Below, in pieces: positions 26,707-38,807 of a stretch of 64,000 nt of DNA. Position 1 is the first letter of the stretch; each line of letters opens with the position of its first letter. The stretch is taken from contig OX597825.1 of NCBI GenBank assembly GCA_951406725.2, positions 75,082,001 to 75,146,000 on the forward strand, in the 5' to 3' direction. Position numbers and translations under genes: made by a program. Under the pieces are notes generated by a model. The model was given only the letters and a program-made list of their open reading frames with translations. It searched no databases and was not told the DNA's origin. The stretch comes from Octopus vulgaris (lineage: Eukaryota).

Positions 26707-29700
26707 TGCCTCTTCCCACTATGGCATTACAAACTTAGCCAAACTGATGACTTTCACTGTAGAATCTTTGCCAATGCAAGCCACTGTGCGTTTTTTTTTT
26801 TTTTTTTTTTTTTTGCTGTGTGAGTGGGTGTTGATAGTTATGAAAATATTTTATCCACTGAAATGTAGCAAGTAAATTATGTCAGGTAAATGACATGATG
26901 CATCTCTTCACTAAAGTGTCCTTCACCTTCATCTACAAAATATTTTCTGTCTTTGATGCATTCCAAATTTTTTTTCATATACGTTTATATATCTATTTAT
27001 TCCAGTACTATTTTTTCAAATATCAAACTGCTCTGCTATGTTGTTTAACATTAATATAACCTGTAAAATATTTTCTGTTTATTTATATGTGCTAATCATT
27101 ATTGATACATTTCTTTTATAGCTGTTGCACGACTGATGGAATTGTAAAAATATTAACCTTATTTATTTATTTTTTAATGATTTTCATAGCTCAATGTTTT
27201 AAACACTTTGGTTATTGACCATTGTCTTCTATGAAAGACATGTCTGAATCTTTTATTTCATATTTTAGAACTTATAGTTTCTGCAAAGAAAAATGACAAA
27301 GTCAGCCATGATTCTTCAAGTGAGTATAAAAACTTGTGAATTTTGAGCCTTATGTCAGCTTGGCTCCTCTCTCTTCCTGGCTCTATTGTACTGCCCTGCT
27401 ATGGGTATTTATATTATACATATTTGCCTGCCTTTCTAACAGTGTTGTCTTCTGCATTGTATAAACTCCTACTCCTCATTGGTGTTATGGCAAGCTCTAT
27501 CGATCTGTTTATTCTTTCTCTATGTGTCTGTGTGCATAAAGTATTTCCAGATATTTCCATGTAACTTGACTATTAAAATACTGATAAAATAGAACCTTTT
27601 GTTGATTGAAAAATTTAGCAAACCTATTAGAATCCTTGTCTTCCTGATTAGAAAATGTAGAAATGTTATTTATTCAAGCTCTTTAGTTCAGAGTAATATA
27701 TTTCCATATGCCTGATTAACTTTCCATTTAAGCATGATTTTTACCAAATCTTCAGTAAAGTAGAATCTAGATTTGTTTTTCTGAAGAAGTTCTTGTAGTA
27801 GACTACTAGATATCTGTAGAATGTTTCAGAATATGTTTAAGCAATATTGTTAACTCTGAGGGTTTCTTTTGTGATGCATGATTGAACAGAAAGAGAAAAA
27901 GAAAAGAAAATAACTGAATCAGATAATTTTTTTTTTCAAAAAGTTTGTGATAATTTATTGAATATATATATATTTACTCTTAGTGCCTACCAAGAACAAG
28001 ACCAAACTGAGAAACGGTGATAAATATTTTGAAATGTTTGTAAAGAAATTTCTTTGGAGTTTTATATCTCTAAAGAAAAAAATGTTAAGTTTTCCATGAT
28101 CTTTAGGTAACTGCAGGGAATTGGCAGAGTCATTAGAGCATCAGATAAAATAACTTACAGCATTTGTTCTAACAGTTAGTGCTGCGAGTTCAAATCCTGC
28201 TATGGTCAACTTTGCCTTTTGTTCTTTTGGTGTTGATATGGATTGGCAGTACCAGTTGAGATTGATGGATTAACAGAAATGGAAGAATATTAGACAAGAT
28301 GCATTAGGGTGTTTGTTCCACCTCTTTGCATTCAGAGTTCAAATTTCACCAGGACCTAATTGGATAGTGGTCACCCAGTTTAACACATTCCCTTGGCACC
28401 TTTGGTGCTTTTAGTGGGAATTATTCTGTTGCATAGTCTTTGATTTGAGGATACCTTCATCCCTTCCTCACTCGCTATCACTCGTCTCAGAGACTCTTGA
28501 AAGGTCATGGGCACTACTGTTTCTTCTGATTAAAAATATTTTTAAAAACAAACAAAACAAACAAAAATTGGAAAATGCAGATATAATGACAAATTAATTT
28601 TAAACTGCAGTGATGGTGCAAAGCTATTTTCCCATGTTTTTGATTACTTTGTTATCAAGCTAAGAAAAAAACCTGATAGAAATAGGGACAAATCCCTTTA
28701 TCACACCCTTCTGTCTTAAGGTAAAAAGGAATGACGCATTGTATAATGCAGTCCTTGATGCCCTGTCTATACAAAATAGATATGATGGTCATGTTTGAAA
28801 AGCTTTTGACTATAGGCCTTCCTAATCAAGGCTGACCTAGGGTGAAAAAACAACAAATTTTTGCTGCTTTAATTTCTGTTACCACCTCTTTCAAACTCTT
28901 TTCAAGTTCTGTGACATAGAACAGTAAAAGTTTACAAATAGCAAAAGCTGCTTATTGTTTCACTGTCAGACTTACAACATTATATTCTCTTTAAAAACCA
29001 TGATTTACTTAGAGTAACCTCATATACAACTCTTGTGACAACTTGAAATTATACGAAATTTCTTTACTCTAACCTTCATAAGTTCTATTTCAAAGATTTT
29101 TTGTAAAACAGACTTAGAGATTCCTTTCAATAAACCTGGATAACATTTTCCAATAAAAGATGCACCTTATAGACTAACAAAATCAAACTATTGTTCTCTA
29201 TTAGTGTTTTGGATGGGTCTCACTGTATTCTCAAAAGGAATTTTTACCATTTTGTCCAATTCTTTACTCACTGACATGATATCTTTGCAGCATAATGGTG
29301 CAAATTTTTGTGGGGTTTCAATGTCACTTCATATAACTTCTGAAGTTCCATAATATATTAAAGAAATTACATATATTCTTGTTCAGATATTGTTCTCCTT
29401 CCATCAACAAATTCCTGTTCTAGTTCTCAGTTCCTGTTCAGTCTACATCTTGGGGCCTTGTTTCCTGAAATTGGTTCCTATCCAATTTGCTTTGTGGGAT
29501 CTGTCTGTTTTGCTTTTTAGAACCTGTCTGTGTTTTTACCTCTCAGAGCCTGTTTATTTCCTAGTTCCTCAAACCCTGTCCATGTTCTTGCTTCTTTGAC
29601 TGTGTTCTATCTACCTAAAATGTAATCTTGGCCTGTGTTCATTCCAACTCTTCCTCTCCCTCTGTCCTTTATCCGTCTGTTGTCTATTCCTCACCCTACT

Positions 29701-30207
29701 GTCTTCTAAACATGCCGTATCTCGACATGTTTGTGTTGTCTCGCTTTCTTTGAACTTCAAGCTAAAAAAAAATCCATCTTTGCAAATACAAAATGACAGT
29801 CATAGAATCCATCGTTTAGATATGCATATTAGATCTGTTCTTCATCTTTCCAGTTGTTCTTAGATAATACCATTGAGGAGATAATTCCAACAAGATTTCA
29901 GCAAATTTATGATAAGCTTCTAATCTAAACATAACATGAACAAACAAAAATAATAAATAAATAATAATCCACGGTTTTTTTAATTTTTATTTTTGTCTTC
30001 TTTTTAAGCTAAACATTCACTTTAAGATGGTTTTAATTGTTTATCTTATATTGTGGTGTGAAAATAACTGACACTAAAATGTTTGCTTACTATTTCTCTT
30101 TTCTCTAATATTCAAGCAAGATTTTTCTTAACTTTCTCTCATTTCAGCTCTTGGTTTTGTGGTTCTTCATTTTCCACTCACTCACTCACTCACTTTTTTT
30201 CTTTCTT

Positions 30208-30283
<76 letters not shown>

Positions 30284-31257
30284 ACTCTGTCTCACTCTCT
30301 CTCTCTCTCTCTTGCTCTCTTTTAATACCACCACTTGCTTTATTGAATCCAGAAATATTTAAGGCACTAATTAATACATTTATTTATTTATTTATTCATT
30401 CATCGTTTTCTTTCTGCATTTATTCTTAAATTTTAAATTTTCCAAAGTTTGAAAGACATTGAATAAGAAATACTTTCCTTTTTCTTTTAAAATGAATATC
30501 TGTTCCTAATCCTTTTAAATATATATTGACTATTTGTATTGAAATTTTAAACTTTCTTCTGTCTTTTTTCTGACATTCATATTTTTTGTAACAGTTAAAG
30601 GCAGTGAGCTAGCAGAATTGTTAGTGTACCGGGCAAAATGCTTAGCATTTCCCCTGTCTTTACATTCTGAGTTCAAATCCCACCAAGGTCAACTTTGCCT
30701 TTCATCCTATCAGGATTGATAAAATAAGTACCAGTTGAACACTGGGGTCGATGTAATCGGCATAACCCCTCCCGCAAAATTGCTGGCCTTGTGCCAAAAT
30801 TTGAAACCAATATTTTTGTGACTGTTGTATTTACATAATAAAAAATTAAATGATAATTCAAGTAATTAAATGGTTGTAATTTAGTCTTTTATGATCTGAA
30901 ATGTTTATAAATTAAACGTGCATTTTATTTTGAGAATTTTGTTCTTGGTGAAAATGTGAAACTCTGAAAGACTAATCTCTACACAATTGCTACACACACA
31001 CAATCTATACTGTGACAAAAGAATTATTTGCGCTTGCTATCATCATCATTATCATTATTTATTTGTAACTACTTTCTCTTGTAGAACAAAACTTAACTTT
31101 TATTAATATCATTATTATCAACATTTTTCCAAGACAAAGAACCTATTTTATTTGTTTCTTTTGTTGAACCACTAGGTTATGGGGACATAGACAAACATAC
31201 ACTGGTTTTCAAATGGTAGTGGACAACAAATGCACACACACACACATGCACACACTG

Positions 31258-31295
<38 letters not shown>

Positions 31296-32712
31296 AGAGA
31301 GATGATGATGATGCAAGTAAACAAATGAAACCACTTGAACTAGATGTACAAAATATACATGCACATATACATGAAATAGAGAGAAAACAATATTTCATGA
31401 ATATTTATTTAGAAATATATAGATATTTATATGTTAACAGAGTGAACTTGCACAGAGTACAAAGACAAAAAAACCCCCCAAAAAACGAAGGGGATGACTT
31501 ATGGTGCTACAGGTCTGACAACTGTTTCTGTAGGCTCAGAATTACTTGATAATGTTCACAGATGCAGTTCACAAAATGTCAACGATATGCAACCAGTAGT
31601 GGAAGTATATAAACATTAGGTAGACCTGGCTTTCATCTTCAGGGTAGAGTGATAGACAACTAATCTGCAATGTCATTTGAAAAATAGATAATATCATCGG
31701 AATCTCAAAGCTACAAGATAATACAGGATTAATTCAAAAGAGTCTGAATAAATAAGCGTTACATTTGGTAGTAATCTGAATACTAAAGGGCTAAAACATG
31801 AAGGATGCAATGAACAGTAGTCTTTGATCTCTAAAAAGATGTGGCACTTACTACTGAAATGCTTTTGATCATAGATTTGTCTAAACAACAACAACAACTA
31901 TTCTGTTATAATTGCTAACAATGACAACAGTGTTGGGTACCAATGATGCAGGATACCTAAGTGGTGTATTACATAGGAGAAAATGTGTGTTGGAGCTTAT
32001 CATCCAATCTTTAACTGTTAATTGATTTGTGTCATCTTTGTGTCTCTAAAATGAATGTTAGTGGTTTTGTCCACGAGTGAAAGGAATTTGATCTCAATAG
32101 AGACACTTGTCTCTACTATGAAGCAATACAACTGCTTCTCATAGCAGCAAGGCTTCACTAACTCATGATTCCCATTCATATAAAATGTATTGAGTGATTG
32201 GGAGTTGAATACCTTTACTAAGGACTTAATAATCAATATATTAACAATTTAACTCTTCATTTCCAGGATAGTCTCTAAGAGTCTTAACTCTTATTGTTAG
32301 CTCATATTAAGGCAGGCAGTGGATAGCTCAATTGTTAAAGCAACAGACAAAATACATTGCCATTTATAGTTGCAACCCTTTACATTCTGAGTTCAAATCC
32401 CACTGAGGACAATTTTGCCTTTCATCCTTCCAGGGTCTGTGAAGTAATTCTCAGAAAAGTACTGGGGTTGTTATAATTGACCATTCATTTTTCTTCAAAT
32501 TTCTGGCCTTGTACCCGTATAAAAAAATTGTTAATAGTTCTTGTTACATTGATGTGGCAGGCTAGAAAAACTGTTAGACTGCTGGATAAAATGCCTTGCA
32601 GTTTATTTTCCAACTCTTTACATTTTTAGTTCAAATCTCACAGCAGTCTGTTTGCCTGTCATCAATATCAACTAATCCCCTTCCTTCAAAATTTCTATCT
32701 TTGTGTCTGATC

Positions 32713-32763
<51 letters not shown>

Positions 32764-33419
32764 ATGGGCTTCTTTCAGTTTCTGTCTATCAAATCCACTC
32801 ACAAGGCTCTAGCAGAAGACACTTGCCTTAGTGCATACATTGAGATTGAACCCAGACTCATGTGGTTGGTAAGCAAACTTCTTACCACACACACACACCT
32901 ATTGTTTGCAGATATTTGTATTACTGTTTTCTTCCTTAGTTTGCACTAATGCAAAACAAAACAAAAAATGTCATATTTACTTCACACTTCAGTGATTCAT
33001 CCAGGAAAAGCAGTCAACTGTAAAAACACCTGCAATATTTGACAATATTACTGATTAAATCTAAATCAGTTGAGATCATCCTTTTCTTGCTTTGAATCAT
33101 ACAGACTGTGAAAGATATCTGAAGTTGTTCATGTAGCAAGTCTAATGCTTTTAACACTTGGACCAAGTATCTAATTAAATCAATCTAGTGGTCAGCTTAG
33201 TATTATAATCTCCTGGTCAATTTTCTTTTTCTTTTTCTCCTTGTTTTTATATATATCTTTTACTTGTTTCAGTCATTGAACTGTGGCCATTCTTGGACAC
33301 CATATTGAAGTGTTTACTTGAACAAATCAAACAGAGTATTTAATTATTTCATCTTTTTAAAAGTCTGGTGATTATTCTATCAGTCTGTTTTGCCGAACTG
33401 CTAAGCAACGGAGCTGCAA

Positions 33420-33830
33420 AGGCGGCGAGCTGGCAGAAACGTTAGCACGCCGGGCGAAATGTTTAATAATATTTCAGCTGTCTTTACATTCTGAGTTCAG
33501 ATTCCGCTGAGGTCGACTTTGCCTTTCATCCTTTTGGGGTCGATTAAATAAGTACCAGTTACGCACTGGGGACGATATAATCGACATAATCCATGTGTCT
33601 GTCCTTGTTTGTCCTCTCTGTGTCCCTTGTGGGTAGTAAAGAAATAGGTATTTCAGCTGTCTTTACGTTCTGAGTTCATATTCTGCCGAAGTCGACTTTG
33701 CACTTCATCCGTTCTGGGTCGATTAAATAAGTACCAGTTACGCACTGAGGTCGATATAATCAGCTTAATCTGTTTGTTTGTCCTTGTTTGTCCCCTCTGT
33801 GTGTAGCCTCCTGTGGGCAGTAAAGAAATA
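33420..33830 (+). mobile_element. Dimeric family 1 SINE nested in a minus-strand family 2 SINE
   Basis: Same dimer structure as 19420. Diverged TSD aagcaacggagctgcaaa / aagtaatggagctgcaaa. Confidence 0.85.
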
Positions 33831-34768
33831 AGTAATGGAGCTGCAAAGTAACTAACACCAGTCATCAGGTGGTGGGGTGAAGGCAAAGATGCACAAACAC
33901 ACTCAAAGATTTCCACATGGCCTGCACTAGAAGACACTTGCCGAAAGTGCTATGCAGTAGGACTGAACTCAAAAATCACATTGTTGCAAAGCAAGCTTCT
34001 TAACCACACGGCCATGTTTGAGCGTGACTGGTACTGTGTTACATAAAGTATCTTATGTGCAACAGTCAGCTGCTAATTTGTGTATTACACAAGGGGATCA
34101 AAACAAGTAACTAACAAGCTAAAACTGTATTGTAGAATTATTTGTTTGGTCATATTTTGTTTGACTATTTCTCTGTTATTAACAAGGCAAGGCTAATAAT
34201 TGGCTATTAGTGTAAGAAGGGTAGAGATCACTATCACACTACCACCCCATCACCAACAATGAGGGAGCCTCTTTGTGGTTGCATGAACTGCTAGAAATTA
34301 CAGCAATGTCTCCCCAAGTCCTGTTCAACCATCTTGAAAAATATGGCAAGACATATTGGATAATGTATTCCAAGGTATTTTTAGAAAGACCAGATGGTCT
34401 GGTCTGCTAAACAATAACAGCCATCACCAACAGCAGTAACAATTAGCAATTGGACTAGCCATAGTAGCTGAGTGTGTGTGTGTGTGTGTGAAGATGCATG
34501 GCCTAGTGGTTAGGCTGTTACACTCATGAGCACTAGATTGTAGGTTCAATTCCGAGACTGGGCAGCACTTTGTGTTCTTGAGCAAGCCACTTCATTTCAT
34601 GTGATTCCAGCCCCCGCTTCAGTCAGGGGGTAATGTTGGCCTACCTGCCTAACCAGTGGGGTGGTGTCATTTGAAGGCGAAACTGCTGTAAAGTGTATTG
34701 TAGCCAGTGATGTATAACATCTGATAGTCTGATCAGTCACATATGTATGTATATATGTGTATGTGTGT

Positions 34769-34807
<39 letters not shown>

Positions 34808-35124
34808 CAGCTGAAATTGCAAAGATAATCTGGAACTCAACCGAGGAAAGAAAACTCTGAATAACCTGTCCTTGTTTTCTTTGCATCAACTGTCTGGATG
34901 TTTTGTTGCCCATTTTTTGTATCACCTGTCTGGATGATTTGAGTTTTTGTATTTTATATATATATATATATATATTTTGTTTGACTATTTTTCTGTTAAC
35001 AAGGCAAGGCTAATAATTGGCTATTAGTGTAAGAAGGGGAGAGATCACTATCACACTACCACATCCAACAATGAGGGAGCCTCTTCGTGGTTGCTTGATT
35101 AATACTGATTAGAAGATCGAAAAT

Positions 35125-35168
35125 CCACCTGAAGATTGTCGGTAGCAGACATGAAACATTTGTAGTGG
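35125..35168 (+). ncRNA. Minimal type I hammerhead ribozyme (family B, second copy)
   Basis: ccac-CUGAAGA-t-tgtc(ggtagca)gaca-t-GAAAC-attt-GUA-gtgg. The downstream ~90 bp is homologous to 46570-46668 and ends in (TA)n. Confidence 0.8.
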
Positions 35169-35252
35169 CGGTTTATTTAATTTATATTAAAATTTCATGT
35201 ATTGATTAAGTCTTTCCTTGTTTGGTTTTAAAATAGTGGTTTTGTCTCGAAT

Positions 35253-35295
<43 letters not shown>

Positions 35296-37221
35296 GGGCT
35301 TCTCTCAATTTCCATTTACCAAATCCATTCACAAAACTTTGGTCAGGCTAGGCTAGAGTAGTAAACACTTATCTAAGGTGCTCCACAGTGGGACTGAACC
35401 TGTAACCATGTGGATGGGAAACAAGCTTTTCAGCCACACAACCATGCCTAAGAAAATTTAACATTACTTAGGTGATTTATTTCATGTTATCTTAGTTTTC
35501 CCATGTTGCTTCAGAAATATGAATCTTTTTGAAGTAGAAAATTTTGTTGTAAGATTTGTTTGCCTCTTTCTTCACCTTCCTAGATAAATATGAATTGTTG
35601 TAACTGTCTCAATTATTTAAGATTACTTTAGTGGCTGAGTTTAAAGTAGGTGAATTATATGACCTTGACCATTGAAAGCTAAGTATATTGGCCATAGTTG
35701 AACCAAGACACAACTAACAGGATATGAATCATTAGCTTCATGGTGAGTCGTCTCAAATATATTTAATTCTGATTCTGACAAGAGAATGGAATACAGAAAT
35801 TTAGAAAACTTGATTCAGTATTATTTATTAAATGGTATACTAGTTGCTGAAAGTTGTGCTGCATAGCTGTGGGTCAATGTGAATTGAACTAATCTATGTT
35901 ATCGGTTAAATGTCTAGGTATGATAAAGGTTTTACTCTCACCCTTGAGTTCTGATGGGCTTCAAACTTATTTTTAACATTTCATTATTATACAAGGCGAC
36001 TAATTGGCAGTCATTAGAGGTCAGACAGAATGTTTCATGATATTTGTTGTGACTCCACGTGCTCTGAGTTCAATTCCTGCCAAGATCAACTGTACCTTTC
36101 ATCTTTTTGGGGTCCAAAATTTACTAATTTAGGGCGGTGTATTGGCTAAACTGTAAGGACATTAAACTGGATACCTTATAGTATGTGATCTGGGTGTTTT
36201 CATTCTGATTTCAAATCCTACCATGGCCTTCTTGGGTAGTACACTTAATTCCTTGCTTGTCTCAATATCACCATCTGGTACTTTGGTACCTTTAACTAAG
36301 TCCATTCTGTTGCTGGGTCCTATTGTTGGCTTGAGGTTACTTTCCTCCTCCCTCCAGTCTCGGAGATACTATAAAATTTTCCCTCCTTCCCATCAGTCTT
36401 TGGAGGCCCTGTGAGAGGTCGTGGGTACAGCCTTCTCTGCTGAATAAATAAAACATTAAAGAAAAAATTGCTTCCTAACCACATTGTTCTGGGTTCAGTC
36501 CCACTGCATGTCACCTTGGCCAAGTGTCTTGTACTATAGCTTCAAGCTGACCAAAGCCTTGTGAATGGATCTTATTTCTTTATTTCCCACAAGGGGCTAA
36601 ACATAGAGGGGACAAACAAGAACAGACAAAGGGATTAAGTCGATTACATCGACCCCAGTGCATAACTGGTACTTAATTTATCGACCCCTAAAGGCAAAGT
36701 TGACCTTGGCGGAATTTGAACTCAGAACATAATGGCAGATGAAATACCGCTAATCATTTTGCCCGGCGTGCTTACGCTTCTGCCAGCTTGTTTCTGGTAG
36801 ACAGAAACTGAAAAAGTCCCATTATATTGGTTTGTGTGTGTTGTTACCCACCACCACTTGACACCTGGTGATGGTGTCCCTATAACTTAGCAGTTTGGTA
36901 AGGAGCTCAATAGAGTAAGTTCCGGCCTTCCAAAAAACAAAAAAAAAAGTACTGAGGTCAATTCATTTGAGTGAAATGCTTCAAGGCAGTGCTCCAGCAT
37001 GGCTGCAGTCTAACGACAGAAACAAAAGCTGAAAGATATATGATGCACTCAGTGCTTGCAGCTCTTGCTGTCAACAAGATTCTACTTGTGCCAGCACAGT
37101 TTGTTAACTTATCAGAGATTTAAAATCAAGCAACTTCATATAAGTGGTATAATATCTACTGGTTTTGTGGCCAGGATTCTTCAACTCCTTGACCAAACCA
37201 CTAAGTACAGCGATTACTCTT

Positions 37222-37291
<70 letters not shown>

Positions 37292-37300
<9 letters not shown>

Positions 37301-37700
37301 TCATGATGTGTTACCGCTACTGTTTATAACTCGCTCTGAGATTTATCATTGTTTGATTTCACTTTTTCAATATCAGTGTCAAATTGACACTGGAAAAAGT
37401 ATATGTATTTGTGAAGGGATCTGACTTCTCATCGACAACCATGATTGTCACACGCTGATGAAAGGTAAACACCTTGAAACTCGGGTACGTGTGTATCATG
37501 TGTTGAAGACGGGGAGGATGACTCCCCTTCACAAATACTGACAAGACACAGATAGTGTGTCTATAGCCAACTGGAGGAGATATCTTCCTGGGGCTACAAA
37601 CTACAGTAGCATCCACCCTTATGGGTTAGCCATGTTCAAATGGCATATATGCATCACGATGTGTTACCGCTACTGTTTATAACTCGCTCTGAGATTTATC

Positions 37701-37703
<3 letters not shown>
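37292..37703 (+). mobile_element. Penelope-like/retrozyme-type element: 353-bp unit plus a 59-bp direct terminal repeat, inserted in (TA)n
   Basis: 37292-37350 equals 37645-37703 with 1 mismatch. (TA)n on both sides, internal hammerhead, no meaningful ORF. Confidence 0.8.
37449..37493 (+). ncRNA. Minimal type I hammerhead ribozyme, canonical core
   Basis: Stem I cacacg/cgtgtg; CUGAUGA; stem II aaggt-aaac-acctt; GAAA; near-palindromic stem III actcgggt; GUA cleavage triplet at 37485-37487. Confidence 0.88.
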
Positions 37704-37733
<30 letters not shown>

Positions 37734-38760
37734 ATTTGTGATTTCTGTTACTCAAAATTCTCTCTCTCACAGACACACACATATATATAATTTTTGAAAT
37801 GTGCACTTTTTCCTGTAACTTATTTGTCTCTTACCTCTTGAAGATATCATTTACCTTTTTAGACATAAAAGATAAAAGCATCAACATTCCAGTATTGAAA
37901 ATATCATTTAACACTATCTCTTCAAGATAACATTGTCACCCCTCATCTGTTAAAAATATAAAAAAAATTCTGTCACCTTGAAGATATCACCACCACTACC
38001 ACTCCACCATCAAGGACAGGCCTACAAATAAACTTCCACATTGTTTTAATCTGCTTGTAATAGCTGCTAAATCCTTCATGAATTATGTTAGGTTATTGCA
38101 CTCATAGTTGCATGATGATAGTTTCAATTCCCAGAGTGAGTTGTGCTGATAAGCAAAACATTTCATGGTACAAATGAGTAATACTGTAAAAGACTGGCAT
38201 CTTATTCAGCAGAGTGTGTTGTGATCTCAGTCACTAACATTCCATGGAAACTGGGTAGTTGTCCTTATGAGCCCTAGAACTCAAGACAGCAATGTCCAAT
38301 GTTTCAGCCTATAGGCTGCAGCCATTCTCTCATGATGTAACAGTCTTTGGTCACGAGAGTTGCAGAAATATATTCTGTATTTTTAAGTGGTGCTAGGGTT
38401 TGGAGTAAGCATTTCTTAAAATGTAATTCTATGGAAAGCAGATATTCTTACCAAAATATAAGAAATTGTATATAACTGCTAATTTTCCTTACTTTTAGGA
38501 TTATAGATTTAGTACATTAGAGTATTTATTTATATTCAAATATAGTCAGTTTTATTACATATCCTACTATGAACGAGTTAATTTGAGTTAATTATGTACA
38601 AAAATATATATTGAAATAATTGCATCTGTATAATCATTTGGGCTATTAAAACACATGTTCTGCTCTCTTCATTTTCATATACATAAAATGCTACTCACAC
38701 ATGTACACACACACACACACATACATTTATGTATATATGTATTTGTGCATGTGTATCTTA

Positions 38761-38807
<47 letters not shown>

